Positions 28,436 through 46,619 of a DNA stretch of 64,000 nucleotides are shown here, piece after piece. The notes under the pieces were generated by a model. The model saw only the letters and a list, made by a program, of their open reading frames with translations. It did not search any database and had not been told where the DNA came from. The position numbers and the translations under genes are program-made. This stretch comes from Eledone cirrhosa (lineage: Eukaryota). The number at the start of each line of letters is the position of its first letter. The stretch's first letter is position 1. Location of the stretch: contig OZ024754.1 in NCBI GenBank assembly GCA_964016885.1, forward strand, positions 19,158,001 to 19,222,000, written 5' to 3'.

Positions 28436-28485
28436 TCTTATCTGATGACCCTGTGATAAACAGGCGAAACTCCAGAGTAATAAGA
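28436..28485 (+). ncRNA. Type I hammerhead in a mini fold-back (28373-28494)
   Basis: tcttat-CTGATGA-ccctgt-gataa-acaggc-GAAA-ctccaga-GTA^-ataaga. Confidence 0.85.
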
Positions 28486-29896
28486 CTCATTTTCAGATGA
28501 GTATACTGGAGCAATGTGAACCGATGTGTTTTGCTCAATAACACAACACACACCGCAATACAAAAATCTATCGAACCCACGAATGTATAAGTCCAACTGG
28601 AGGACCGTGAAACGAAGTGTTTTGCTCAAGAATACAATGCACAACCCAGTCCAGGAATCGAATTCACAATACAAAAATCTATCGAACCCACGAATGTATA
28701 AGTCCACTGGAGGACCGTGAAACGAAGTGTTTTGCTCAAGAATACAATGCACAACCCAGTCCAGGAATCGAATTCACAACATTATGATTATAATTCCAAC
28801 AACCTTACCACTAGGCCACGCGCCTCCACAATGCATGCAATTTATAGCAATTTCTAACAAGACTTTTTATCTATTCCCATGTTAAGTTGGGGCCTTGTGT
28901 CGAGTTGAAAGAAATCAATGTATAAATGAAATGTCAATTAAATAAAAATGTATTAGAGCTAAATGCCGATTGGTCTTATTAAGGAATATAGGCCGTGAAC
29001 AAACATTTGTATGGAGTTGTAGAGGGGCCTTAAGGACACTAGGATGAAAAGCAAAGTTGTACTCGGTGGGTTTTGAACTAAGAGAGCAGAGAGCCATAAA
29101 GGAATACCACAAAGCATTCTAGTCAACAATCTAACGACTCTGCTAATTCGCTGCTTCTTGCAGAGTGTTGAAACATAAAAATAAGAATAAGATAAAGCCC
29201 AATACAACATAGTGCCACAGGAAGTATGTAAAAGTTTCGCCAAAGAGATTGTCTTTTCATACAGCGTCAAGCTTTCATAAAATAATAAAAGATTTCTGTG
29301 AATTATACAGTGTGAGGTTTAAAGTTGTTGTTGATGTTGATGGCGGTAGTGGTGGTGGTGGTGGTGGTGGTGGTTTTTCTTATTTCTCATGCTGTATTTT
29401 TAATTAATTCGCAAAAGAGATTACAAACGTTGGCTAATAAAAAATTACGGGAAACCAACATAATACAATGCAGAAGGGAGGGTGGGAGAGAGAGGGGGGG
29501 GGGAGACGCAGAGAGAAATGAAAAGGAAAGAATTATAATAGTTATGAATCCGCTGCTTAATAGCTTTCAGTTGTTTTCATATGTGTGTCTGCGTGTATAT
29601 ATAACGTACAGGTATATATCTATATATATAAAAGTGATGTTGTCTGTGTGTCCTCATTTTTGCAAAGTCTATACAAATCCACATTTCTACCCCGATTGAC
29701 TTCAAACTTGCATTTATATATTCCTTGCGGTCTAAAGATATTAACTGCCGCTTTTCTTTTTTCAATTTTCTGTTGTTAAAGGGTGTTAGGCGCCGGTTAT
29801 CCATCTCCGTCGCGCTCTTATAATATCAGTCTGTATGCATAACGTCATTGCTGACGTATTATCTTCGCTACATTCACACACAGACACGCGCGCACA

Positions 29897-29992
<96 letters not shown>

Positions 29993-30025
29993 TACACACA
30001 CATATATATATATATACACTATATA

Positions 30026-32243
30026 CAAAAAAAGTGAATTATTCTCAAATTGCCTACATAAAGCTTCTTCTACATTCCAAGCCTCGCAAAAAGTCAGGAA
30101 AAAACACTAAATAAATAGGTTCTAATTTTTGACGTTTCTTATCAACTAAGTGCGTAAAATGTTACAACAGATTATAAAACCTTATAATAATTTTTATTCA
30201 TTTACGATATGATTAATGTTAGATTAAGGATTCTATATAAATATATAAACATATTGATTGTTAACATGATCTCCTGAAGGATATGCATATCATTTGATTG
30301 TGTAAGTACATTTAATTTGGTCGGGATTTTTGTATTTTTAAAAATATATAGCTTATATGGTTAACAGTTGCAAGGAACCGTAAACCAGTCATGTATTTAT
30401 TCTTTTGGTGTATGTTGGTTTTAAGATTCAGGATATTTGATTTATATATTTATATATTTATATATTTATATATATTTATGTTATGGGTGTCGCACACGAT
30501 CCTAGTCGACAAACTTTTTCCACTTAACTTGATGTAAATCTTCAATTATAACATTATTAACAATAATTGTATTTATTACTTATTATATGTATATGGATTA
30601 CTAATATCGTCTTGAGTTCCGAACCGAATACTCTGTATGTATTTAGACAAATGTGTATATCTAGTTTAATAACATCCTTCTAGGTACATTTATAAGTACC
30701 TTTGATACCTAAGGACATTCTAGTGTTATAATTGTTAAATATTTTCTAAATTATATAACGATTATTATTTTTTTAATATAATTAAATTCGGGTCACCTTC
30801 GGGTCGATGAAAATCTTAAGTCTTCTCTTTCTCATGCTTGCAGAAACGTTAAATATGATATTATACTATAATATAGATCCTTAAAAATGTTCTTGTATTT
30901 TTAAATTATATAGCTTAGATATTTGACACTTATAGGATCGCAAACCATTTATTTATTTATTTTGAATCTGGTTTATCATGAAGTTTGATTTGTATATTTA
31001 TGGTATATATGTATTACATGATCCTAATATAATAATTGATGTAAAACCTTACTTTTAACAATATTAACAGTAACTTATTTATTATATTATATTATATATA
31101 ACTGACTAATATCGTCTTGAACTTTAGACAATATACTTTTTGTATAAATTTAGACAAATGCGTATATCTAGTTTAATAAAACCCTTTTGAAGTATACTTA
31201 TAAGGCCTTTGGATACTTTAGGGCATTCTTATTGTTAATTTTAATTTAAAATTTGTACAGTTATAATTGTAATTACACTCTAAATTATATATTGATTATT
31301 ATTTTTTTATATAAATCTCTTTAATATAAACATTTTTTAAATATAATTTAATATGGATTACCTTCAAGATGAAGTAAATATTATGTCTCTTCTTTCTCAT
31401 GTTTGCAAATACTTTAAATATGATATTATAAATAAAATATGATAGTATACTTCAATATTTTTATAGCCTGAAATATTATACCTTTAAATTAATTCATTAT
31501 TCTGAACTAACATAAATGATTCGAAATTTAACGGTCAGCCGGATACATTTGGATATATATAGTGTATATAATTAATTGTTAGTATATTTCTAATTAACTA
31601 AGGACTCGAAATTAAACCCTCATATAATTACACCCAGATATATTTAATATTTAGATTGATTGATTATTTCTAGATAATTCAAAGATTCGAAATTATTCTT
31701 TCACAAAGCTATGCCCAAATGTATATTTATGTATTTATATATATATTTTTGCATCAGCTACTAATGCGCTATTTATCCACGACAATACAAATCTCCCTCC
31801 CTATGCTTTATACTATAAAAATTATTCCTCCTTGTCTCTCTATCCTTGATCAATTCTCTTTTGCTTTCTATACTTCTAGTAACTATCTTTTTCCTCATCT
31901 GTTTCTCTCTGTCTTTCTTCTTTCTTCAATAATTTAAATTATTTGAATCTCTAACAGTTATGTAAATTGCTATTATGTATTTTTAAGCTTTCTCACACGC
32001 ACCCTCTCAGTTATATGTAGTTTTTTCATGTCTCAATCTTAAGGTATATAAATATTGAGTTTTGTCATATCTTATTCACTACCATGACTGAATCTTAACC
32101 ATCTACTAAGTCAGGGTATGTCATGCATCATCTTATTTTATCTGATGAGGACGTACTGTTGAAGATAGCTCAGTAACTCTGAAATATGTATAATAAAATA
32201 TACTTGATCACACGAATGTCTATTTTTGTTAATATTTTGAATT

Positions 32244-32245
<2 letters not shown>
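30026..32245 (+). mobile_element. Naiad-like PLE 3' fragment: last codons plus 2.1-kb AT-rich 3' region
   Basis: [12 protein letters not shown] at the start; 32040-32210 homologous to 49360-49490 (minus). Confidence 0.7.
32134..32200 (+). ncRNA. Type I hammerhead ribozyme
   Basis: tattttat-CTGATGA-ggacgtactg..cagtaactct-GAAA-tatgta-TA^-ataaaata. Confidence 0.75.
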
Positions 32246-32274
<29 letters not shown>

Positions 32275-32723
32275 GAAGAGATATTATCTCGAAAATTAAG
32301 GACATTTAAATAAATTCAAGGTGAAAGACGAATTCTCATCAATATCTCTCACTATTGCATTCTTTTTCTATGTCCATATCTGCATTGTCTTGGCCTTATT
32401 ACACATATTCTAACGTTTATATATATATATATATATATACACAGATACATTGTAGGTCGCTTTAACCCGTCTTTTATTATTCAAAAAAGTTCTTGCCAAT
32501 AAACATTAACCCTTTGTGCGCCATTCATCTAACTGTAGACCAACAAATACCAAGTAAACGGAGCGTTGACAAGAAGGATAGCGAATGAATCTTCGAGGTA
32601 AGCAGTTTCCTCCCGAGCTGTTAGTTCACGCGGGATTCTCTGCTACACCTTTTCGTAATAATACCGAACAACGTACTGCTGGTCACTCCTTCCTCCAAAA
32701 GCCGTACAAGGCATCTCTCTCTC

Positions 32724-32790
<67 letters not shown>

Positions 32791-32821
32791 CCCCTCTCTC
32801 TCTCTCGCTTCATATATATAT

Positions 32822-33772
32822 ATATTGTTATACTTTGGGAGGGTCATGTTGCCAATAAGAAACACACGCACCAGTTGCTTTCACTTCAATTTATTATAAA
32901 TTAAATTTATAAATTTAGGAATTTATAAATTTCCGGTTGGTTGGTTGGTTCCACAACCAGATGATTGTTCATATATTGTCAAAGTTCTTTCGTCAGACAT
33001 TCTGTGATCTCTTCAGTGACTGGGGATTCTTCACTTTGTTTTGTGCCTCTCCTTTGTTCTGTCCTACGCCATCTTGTTTTTGTGTGTGTTGTGTGTTTCG
33101 TTTGCGCATGTGTTACATCCGGGTTTCTGTGTGTGTTTTTATTTGTTTATTTATTTGTTTATTTACATGTTATTGGTTGGTTGTTTGTTCTATGTGTGTG
33201 TGTTTTCATTTTGTCCTTAATTGTAAGTTGTGATGTTGCTATTCCATTCATGTTTTCTCTTTAATTTTGGTTGGAGTTCATTTATGTTTATTGCTTCTGT
33301 GATTTGTCTAAACATTGCGCCTTTTCTGTGTAGATTTTATTTTTGTTTCTATGTTCTCTAATTTGCCCTTATGTTCTATTTTAGTATGTTGTGGAGTACT
33401 GATGAATCTTTTCTATCTTGAAGGTCTCGCCAGTGTTCATTTAATCGTTCTCCTATACTACGAGCTGTCTCACCTATGTACACTATATTCTTATCTTTAC
33501 ATTGTCCTTCAGTACATCTTATGCTATATACTATGTTTCTAGTTTTACAGTTAATATGGGGGCTTAGTTTACAGATTATGCATTTCTTATCTATACAGGG
33601 AGGTCTTTGAAAAGGGTATGTATTACTAATAAATGTTTTTATGGAGTTACCTGGTCTTTCTACTATCTTAATATTTAGTTTAAGTTTATCTAGGGCCCTT
33701 CTAATTTGTAAGCTAATTCACCTCTTATGTGTTTCTTATTGGCAACATGACCCTCCCAAAGTATAACAATAT
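32822..33772 (-). mobile_element. Nematis-like PLE 3' fragment with HHR (32978-33020) and inverted 3'-end copy (33728-33772)
   Basis: Homologous to 8250-8720 and 9980-10242; terminal catgaccctcccaaagtataacaa present in both orientations. Confidence 0.78.
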
Positions 33773-33866
33773 CGGTTTCAGCACACGTTTTCAGATAAAG
33801 AATCTTGCTAAACAAATCCAGAAACGAAATATATATATATATATATATATTATAAGAACAGATTAA

Positions 33867-33917
33867 AGTTTAAGCAAAGAATCGCTACTTTCAACATTAA
33901 CGGGAACTTCTGAAACT
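33867..33917 (-). ncRNA. Hammerhead-like motif, U4A family (degenerate copy)
   Basis: agttt-CAGAAGT-..-GAAA-gtag..ttgc-TT^-aaact. Confidence 0.45.
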
Positions 33918-34389
33918 AAAAAATTTAATCTGTGAACGCACAAGTAAATATTTCGAGAAACGTTGCAGCCGAAGGAAAGCAGGAAGACAAGACCAAGTTT
34001 ATGGTATAAAATGGAGTCGTTAGGCTAATATTCTATTTAAAATAACAGAATGATTTCCAGCCCCGGAGTTTAAGAATGAAGTAAATAAAATTGAAAACGA
34101 AAATGACAGAGGTTATTAAAATAGTAAAAGTAAATAGTGAAGATTTAGGCCAGTATGTACGTATGCCCCGACGAACATACACATACATACGCACACACAA
34201 ATACATACACACCAACAAACACACACACGTACGCACGCACGCGCGTATGTATAAACCTTATGCATTTCTACAGTATAAGACATAGGTTACTTATGTACTC
34301 CCGATTGTCATGGGCACTTTCATTTTTCCAGATATTGATTATAGGGCCTCTCGGCAACCGCTTCCTTGGAGTGGACTGAAGCACTGCAG

Positions 34390-34658
34390 TGCAATGCAAC
34401 AAAACGTCATAACTTCTGGAGTTCGCAACCGATTTTCACAAAACTTGACACATGGGCTACGTTTGTCCTACAGATGAATGTGGACTCTCAGAATTGGCAC
34501 ATATTGAGTAGGAGACCCCTGGGGGCAGGAATACCCTTTTGGGAAAAGCCGATGATTTTGTAAAAGTATAGTTTTTGAAGCAGCACTGAAGTATTGACAT
34601 AAATGGTATATACACAACTGCTATTTAATACCCGAGCAACGCCGGGTACCTCTGCTAG
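34390..34658 (+). mobile_element. Non-autonomous Helitron 3' part (5' boundary uncertain)
   Basis: Hairpin tacccgagcaacgccgggta followed by CTAG|T. Confidence 0.7.
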
Positions 34659-34662
34659 TATA

Positions 34663-38249
<3,587 letters not shown>

Positions 38250-38282
38250 TGTGGGGGTATGTGGGTGTGTGTGGGTGGGTGT

Positions 38283-38358
<76 letters not shown>

Positions 38359-38464
38359 AGGCGCGTGGCTTAGTGGTTTGAGTGTTTGGCTCACGATCGT
38401 AAGGCACGTTATGTCCTTCAGCAAGACACTTTATCTCACAGGACTCCAGTTCACCTAACTTATA

Positions 38465-38865
38465 TCATATATATATATATAAACTTGTAGTTCCTGTCTG
38501 TTTGTTTGTCTGTTTGTGTGTTCACGAACTCCTCCTATGGTTTTAGTGATAGACCCCCATAACCATATATATTCTGAAACTACATTGCCCAGGGTACTTG
38601 GATAAGTATATTTCATTTTAAACAAAGGGTTTCCCGGGGAAACAAACCCCCGCTGAAAATCTTTTCCCCTCGATTTATATGAAATTTAAACCATAGGTAA
38701 ATGACAAGATATGATGCCTATTTACAACATTTCAGCAAATTTCAATAATATTAAGACAACCTAATAGAGTTTTACCCCCAAAACTATATCACTGATTTAA
38801 AATCAATCATCATTTCCTTACAAAAAAATGTGTAAAACGCAGTAAGGCGCGGGTAATTCGGTTAG
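38465..38865 (+). mobile_element. Short non-autonomous Helitron-like element
   Basis: TCatatat start, (tgtt/tgtc) microsatellite, GC hairpin + TTAG|T end. Confidence 0.5.
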
Positions 38866-38867
38866 TA

Positions 38868-40313
38868 TCATATATATATATATATACTATAAAGCTGACG
38901 GCCGTATGTAGGTAACAAACTTTCCGCCAAACGGCTGGACCAAACAGCACCAAATTTGCACCATAGATGTAACTTTTTCCAAGTAAAAAATTGAGGGTAT
39001 TTTTGTTTACTGAAGTTTGTTAAAAGATTAAATACATTATTTAAATATTCACTTCTTTAAAATTTAAAATGTCAACACATCCGGTTATACGTCATTACTC
39101 ACTTTTTCTTATGACGTCGCACAACATTCCCCTCTTTTTCTTAGTCTGTCTTTTTAGATGGATACATAGCTATAACGTAGCGCCCTTATAATATGTCTCT
39201 GTATGTCTGGCTGTCTGCATTAGATAACGTTTTTCGAAATATTTTCTTCTGCGTTCACAGACTGATCTTTTTAGTTTCAGAAGATCCTGTTAAGGGTGAA
39301 AGCAGCGATTCCTTGCTTAAACTTTAATCTGTTATTTTAATATCTCTATTCGTGTACAGATATTTTTGCATACACAAAAACAAAAACCTATTTATTTCAC
39401 GAAAGCACAGACGGCTTATCATCATTGTTACTGTTCGAGGTTAGAGGACCACAGTCTTTCCAAGATCTAAGAACCATCAATGGCCATCAATGTTCCACTT
39501 AGCGTTTGGCTTGCCAGATGCGTGGTATGTTACACGATGAAAGCCATTGGCACCTCACCCTGAAAGAAGCAGCAACTGCTAAAGTCTCTTCTCAGCTGCG
39601 AAAACTGTTTGCTATTATGCTGCACAACTGCGATCTCGCCGACCCTTTCGCAATGTGGAACAACCACCGCGAAAGTCTAGCTGAGGACATCCTCCACCGC
39701 ACATGCAGACACAATCCGAACGTAACATACAATATCGTTTTCAATGAGGCGCTCATTTGTCTTGAATACGGTGCCCTGGAGATTGGTGGTAAGCCTCTAA
39801 GTCACTACGGCTTACCTGCTCCTGACAGGAGTGTCCAGAGGTCAACGTCTACAGAGCTTCTCCGTGAGACGAGCTACGAGATCAGTGATTCTCCCATTCT
39901 CAATTGTATGTAGGATGCTCTAGGGTTAGCTCAATTTCTTCATCTTTGCTCCGGAGGGCCGAACAAAAAATATTGTATACTCTGACGCTCTAACAATGTA
40001 ATTCAAATATTTTCTGTTACTTGGAATTTCCATTATGGTTGTACAAATTATTGTTTGTTAAAAAATGTGTTCTCTGTTCAGCCTTTATTGTTGTAACTAT
40101 CCATTTTCTTTAACGTACTGGCTGCTGAACTGGGGAATCCTAAAAATTATTCAAACCCAACATCAGAGCAAGTTACCCCCCCCCCCCATCTCCACCCACC
40201 CTCGCTGACTTGAGAGGGCGTGCGGTATCTTTGCACTGGAGTGTAGGGGGAATTCCTGAAAAGATAAAATGCCGGTATACCTAGCCGGTCGCCAGCCGGA
40301 CGGGGCAGCCTAG
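38868..40313 (+). mobile_element. Internally deleted Helitron of a second family
   Basis: RGPQSFQDLRT..AKVSSQLRKLF fused to QLYVGCSRV..TKNIVYSDAL; GC hairpin + CTAG|T. Confidence 0.78.
39273..39323 (+). ncRNA. Hammerhead-like motif, U4A family
   Basis: agttt-CAGAAGA-tcctgttaagggt-GAAA-gcag..ttgc-TT^-aaact. Confidence 0.6.
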
Positions 40314-40456
40314 TATATATATATATATATATATCAAGATAAATTAACGGAGCCATAGACGCGCGTTATTCCCTGTAAATTATGTGCTCAAAGGAAAAGG
40401 AATCCTGAGCTCTTCAAAATACAATATGTAGAAAGGATAACATACTGGAGAGAGCG

Positions 40457-40537
<81 letters not shown>

Positions 40538-42047
40538 TCAATAAACAGGGAAAGCACCAGTGTATGGAATCTAGAAACGACGGAAGGTAAGGTAGACACA
40601 TAATAAAGAACTGGTAATCTATATTAAGTGGAGCGCAGTACTTACCATCAACTGTTACATAATGCTAAGGATTACCGGAAAACCAATCGGAGTGTCTTTA
40701 AAGACATCAACGATGCTGGGTTTAAAATCACTTCTGAACTCAACATCCAGGACCAGACTGAATCTCTAGACCCTATTTCTCCCAACTTTACCCTGAAGGA
40801 TCACAAACCCAATTTCGCCAACAACCGCTGTATACGGCTAATTAACCCTACGAAGTCTGATTTAGGTAGACTTACTAAAAGGATTTTAGATAGAATTATA
40901 CCTGAAATTAGAAGATTGGCCTCTCTTGCACTGTGGAATAATTCTTTCGCGGTGATTGATTGGTTCAATGGCATATGCAACAAGGAACATCGCTGTTTTA
41001 TCCAATTCGACATCAATAACTACTACCTCTACATCACTTTACCACTTCTTCTTAGAGCTATCAATTTCGCTAAAACGCTCACGGTGGTTAAGGATTTTGA
41101 AGTTGATATCATCCTCAATGCCCGTAAGTCGGTGATTAATTTCGACGACTCTATTTGGATAAAAAAATCTAATAGTACCCCATTCGATGTGAGTATGGGC
41201 GCCAGCAATTCGGTGGAGGTTACAGATCTTATCGGCCTTTTCCTTCTTTTCTCTATCAAGGAAGAATTCCCCAATGTGGGCGGTGGTTTGTACCGCGATG
41301 ACGGTCTTTCGACCATGAAAAAGTTCGGTCCACGCGCTTGCGATAGGTTTAGAAAAGTACTCAAAGCATTCTTTAAAGGCTTCAACCTCTCCATACAGGT
41401 TGAGGCCAACCTCTCGGTCGTTATTTACCTCGACGTTACCCTCAATTTGTCGAATGGCTTGCACTACCCGTATAGAAAGCCGAATGATACGCTTAATTGC
41501 ATAAGTAAGCATTCTAACCATCCTGCCAGCATCACCAAGAACCTGGTGAGAAACGTTTCTTTGAGGCTTTCCCGTCTATCTACAAACGAGCACATTTCCA
41601 CCGACCATTCCCCATATTACAATGAAGCTCTTGTTCGGAGGGGATTTTCGATAAGGTAGCATATACTAAGTATGAGCATAAACCAAAGAAAAATAGATCC
41701 CGACTCATTATATGGTATAACCCACCATATAATATGGAGGTTGCCACACCATTGGCTAAGATCTTTCTCTCCCTTATTAAGAAGCATTTCCCCTCAGCAC
41801 ATAAATATAATAACATTTTTAATAGAAATACCATTAGAAAATCTTACTCTTCGATTCCTAACTTCGCACATAATATCACTGCTTCAAATTTAACTAAATT
41901 ACCTAGCCGTAGTAACACGTGCAACCCTGTAGCTAGTACTAACTGTAATTGTAGGGATCGGGTTGACTGCCCTCTATCCGGGAAAGGTCTCTCCAGTAAC
42001 ATTGTCTACACATGTAATGTCTAAACACCCACGTCTAGTAGGGCCTA

Positions 42048-42350
42048 GCTTTCTAGTCCATAGCTGTAGTCTAGTTTCTTCCTGACATGTTGTTAGGGGC
42101 TGGACATGGCTGAAAACAGGAATGGGGCGATCAAAAGCTGCTATGGCCAGATGGGGCTACAAGACCGGCCCAACCATCTTCGAATGCGGAGAGGAGGACC
42201 AAACGATGCAGCACTGCCTTGTTTGCCCTCTACTATCTAACCAGTGCAGCTTAAAAGATCTCGCAGAATTTAATAATAATGCAAAGGAGTGTGTAAAGAA
42301 ATGGGAAACTGTCATATAACCACATGCTTCGAAGATACGAAAAGAAGAAA
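42048..42350 (+). mobile_element. Vingi/Ingi-like LINE 3' fragment inserted in the PLE
   Basis: GRSKAAMARWG..ECGEEDQTMQHCLVCP; 9-bp TSD tagggccta at 42039 and 42351. Confidence 0.65.
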
Positions 42351-43079
42351 TAGGGCCTACATAGGGTTAACCGCCAATAGATACAAGCTGCGTATTTACA
42401 TGCACACCCATTCCTTTCTTAACCTTTTAAGAAGGAATATGACATCACTTTCAGCTTATATCTGGAGCCTAAAAGACAACCACACCCAATATAGGTTACA
42501 CTGGGAGATCCTGGGCTAAGCTAGATCATATAACGGAAATAAAAGACCATGCGATCTTTGCGCCGCCGAAGCCCGGGAAATACTCTACGCCAATAATCGC
42601 ATCTTAAACAAAAAATCTGAGGCAATTTCGGCTTGTAAACACAAATTACATAAAACTTTCCTGTATTACAGCCCCACATTATACCCTAACGGAAAGTACG
42701 AAGAACACGCGGATAATTTACGTCTTGATGTGGTAGCTAAGTATATTTTATGCTTATACCATTACTTATTTGTATAGGTAAGTATAACTAACCCGTATGT
42801 TTTGTGAAGGTACGTGTACTTTCTCGTACGTATATATGCTTGTATTTGTTATAGATTTATATATTATATTATATACACTGGTATATGTGTATATAGTTAT
42901 GTGTATATGTGTACTTTGTGTTTGTGTGTGTATGCGTGTATGCGTGTTTGCACGTATGTAAGGTGTATCATATATATATATATATATCTAAGGCGGGTAA
43001 AATTCCCGAGATCCATGGACTAGTTCTCTCCAGCGGTCTCTGTCCCTCATTATCGCTGCCATGTCCTGCGTCTCCAACA

Positions 43080-43372
43080 GATGGTGGATGGGTGCTACAC
43101 GAGAATGCTGAGGATGGCTCTGAACATTAATCAGTATACACTGAGGATGAAAAACTCAGAGCTGTATGGGAGCATCCCAAAAGTCAGCTCAAAAGTGACA
43201 CAGAGGAGACTGAGGTTAGCTGGACATGCTCACTGACATCCAGAGTTGACATTGCACTCAGTGCTCCTTTGGGAGCCCCTACATAGACACACTAGAAGAG
43301 GAAGACCAAGATTAACGTATGTTGATGCCCTAAGGACAGACACTGGTCTGTTGGAGACGCAGGACATGGCAG
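43080..43372 (+). mobile_element. RTE-group LINE C-terminal fragment
   Basis: RMLRMALNI..RRLRLAGH..LLWEP..RGRPRLTYVD. Confidence 0.65.
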
Positions 43373-43389
43373 CGATATATATATATATC

Positions 43390-43467
<78 letters not shown>

Positions 43468-44349
43468 ATCGTTTAACGTCTATCTTCAACGGTAGCGTAG
43501 GTTTAGACGGGAATTGTCCCACATGAGGCAACATTGGTCAGGTGACTGTGTCTCCCTCGTATAGGACTGTCTGGCAAATGTAAGGTTGAAACACCCACGT
43601 CCAGTAGGGCCCACATAGGGCTAACCGCCAATATATTCAAGCAGCGTCTTTACATGCATACCCATTCTTTTCGTTACCCTTTAAGAAGGAATATGACGTC
43701 ACTTTCTGCTTATATCTGGAGTCTAAAAGACAACCACACCCAATATAAGTTACACTGGGAGATCCTAGCTAGGGCTAGATCGTATAACGGAAATAAAAGA
43801 TCATGTGACCTCTGCACCGCTGAGGCCCTGGAAATACTCTACGCCAATGACCACATCTTAACAAAAAATCTGAGGCAATTTCGGCTTGTAAACATAAATT
43901 GCACAACACTTTCCTGTATTACAGCTCCACATTATACCCTAACGGATAGTACGAACTATACGCGGATATTTTGCGTCTTGATGTGGTAGCTAAGTATTTG
44001 TTATGTTTATACCATTACTTATTTGTATAGATAAGTATATTTTACCCGTATGTTTTGTGAAGGTACGTATGCTTTCTCGTACGTATATTTGATTGTATAT
44101 GTTATGGCGTATATATTATATATTCTGGTACATATGCTTTTGGTTATGTATATACGTGAGTTTTGCGTCTGTGTGAGTATGCGGGTTCGTACGTATGTAG
44201 GGTGTGCGTTTATGTGTACTTTGTGTTTTGGTTGACGTTCGTCTCCGAACATATGTGTATTTACATGTAGGTATGTGTGTGCGCTTGTTATATACGTATT
44301 TAGTTATTTATATACGTTTATTTAATTATATGTATCCACGCACACACGC

Positions 44350-44386
<37 letters not shown>

Positions 44387-44872
44387 TAATATATATTTTT
44401 ATGTGTATTTGGTGTATATATTCGTATGCGTGCAGGTACATGCGTTGCGTGGGTTCTGTATGAGCGTGCGGGTTTTTTTTGTGTTTTTTTTTGTGTACGT
44501 GCGTGTATTTGTAGACCTATGGCGAGTGATTTCGCGTTTGCTTGTGTATATACGTGTATGGATGCGTGTATGTATTTAGTTAATTTCAATAACCTCTGTA
44601 TTTTATTTACTTTATTCTTAACTCTGAAGCCGAGAATCATTCGGTTTCCTAGTTAGAATTTTAGTCTACGACTTCAGTTATACCATTTACGTGGTTTTGT
44701 CTTTGCGTGCAATTGTTCTCCACGCTCCACATATGACGTATTATCTTCGTTTTTTCCGTTCATTGCCAGAGAACGTCTCTATGAACCACCTAATAAAATA
44801 TTAGTCTACGACTTCTTTTATATCATAAACGTGGTTTTGTCTTTGCGTGTAACTGTTTTTCACTGCTCCAAA

Positions 44873-45007
44873 TAATTGTTACTACTTTAGGCACAAGGCC
44901 AGCAATTACCCAGTGCATTACTGGTACTTTATTTTATCGACCCCGTAAGGATGAAAGGCAAAGTTAACCTCGGCGGGATTTGAACTCAGATCGTAAAGGG
45001 ACGTAAC
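44873..45007 (-). mobile_element. SINE family 1, 5'-truncated
   Basis: Family match; cactgctccaaataat duplicated on both sides. Confidence 0.85.
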
Positions 45008-45140
45008 ACTGCTCCAAATAATGACGTATTATATTCGTTTTTTCCCGTTCTTTGCCAGGGAAGGTTTCCACGAACCAAAGTATCGTCTTCCTGTCTTCCT
45101 CCGGTTGCAACGTTTTTTGAAATATTCACTTCTGCGTTCA

Positions 45141-45214
45141 CAGATTAACTTTGTTAGTTTCAGAAGATCCCGTTAAGGGTGAAAGCAGCGATTCTTTGCT
45201 TAAACTTTAATCTG
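45141..45214 (+). ncRNA. Type I hammerhead-like motif, U4A core, bipartite stem I
   Basis: cagattaa..agttt-CAGAAGA-tcccgttaagggt-GAAA-gcag-cgattct-ttgc-TT^-aaact-ttaatctg. Confidence 0.65.
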
Positions 45215-45268
45215 TTATTTTAATAAATATATATATATATATACACACACATATATATATATCATATA

Positions 45269-45350
<82 letters not shown>

Positions 45351-45525
45351 ATAGATATATATATATGTATATATATGTATATATATATGTATATATATGT
45401 ATATATATATAAAATATATATATATCATATATATATACATATCATATATATATTTCATATATGTGTGTATATATATACATATCATATATATATATATATA
45501 TCATATATATATATATATATCATAT

Positions 45526-46597
<1,072 letters not shown>

Positions 46598-46619
46598 TCA
46601 CATATATATGTGTGTCACA

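Larger units (their letters stand above)
40600..45223 (+). mobile_element. Naiad-like PLE with partial tandem 3' repeat (42017-42950 repeated from ~43581; 3' boundary uncertain)
   Basis: TLKDHKPNF, RLINPTKSDLG, QFDI, GLYRDDGL, CNCR..CPLSG, YIGLT, CDLC; stops and frameshifts. Confidence 0.85.

Noticed and set aside
28557-28780. Direct repeats resembling an array (also 13235-13500, 34820-35010, 44655-44870)
   Set aside because: Simple two-copy tandem duplications inside repeats; no repeat-spacer structure, not CRISPR
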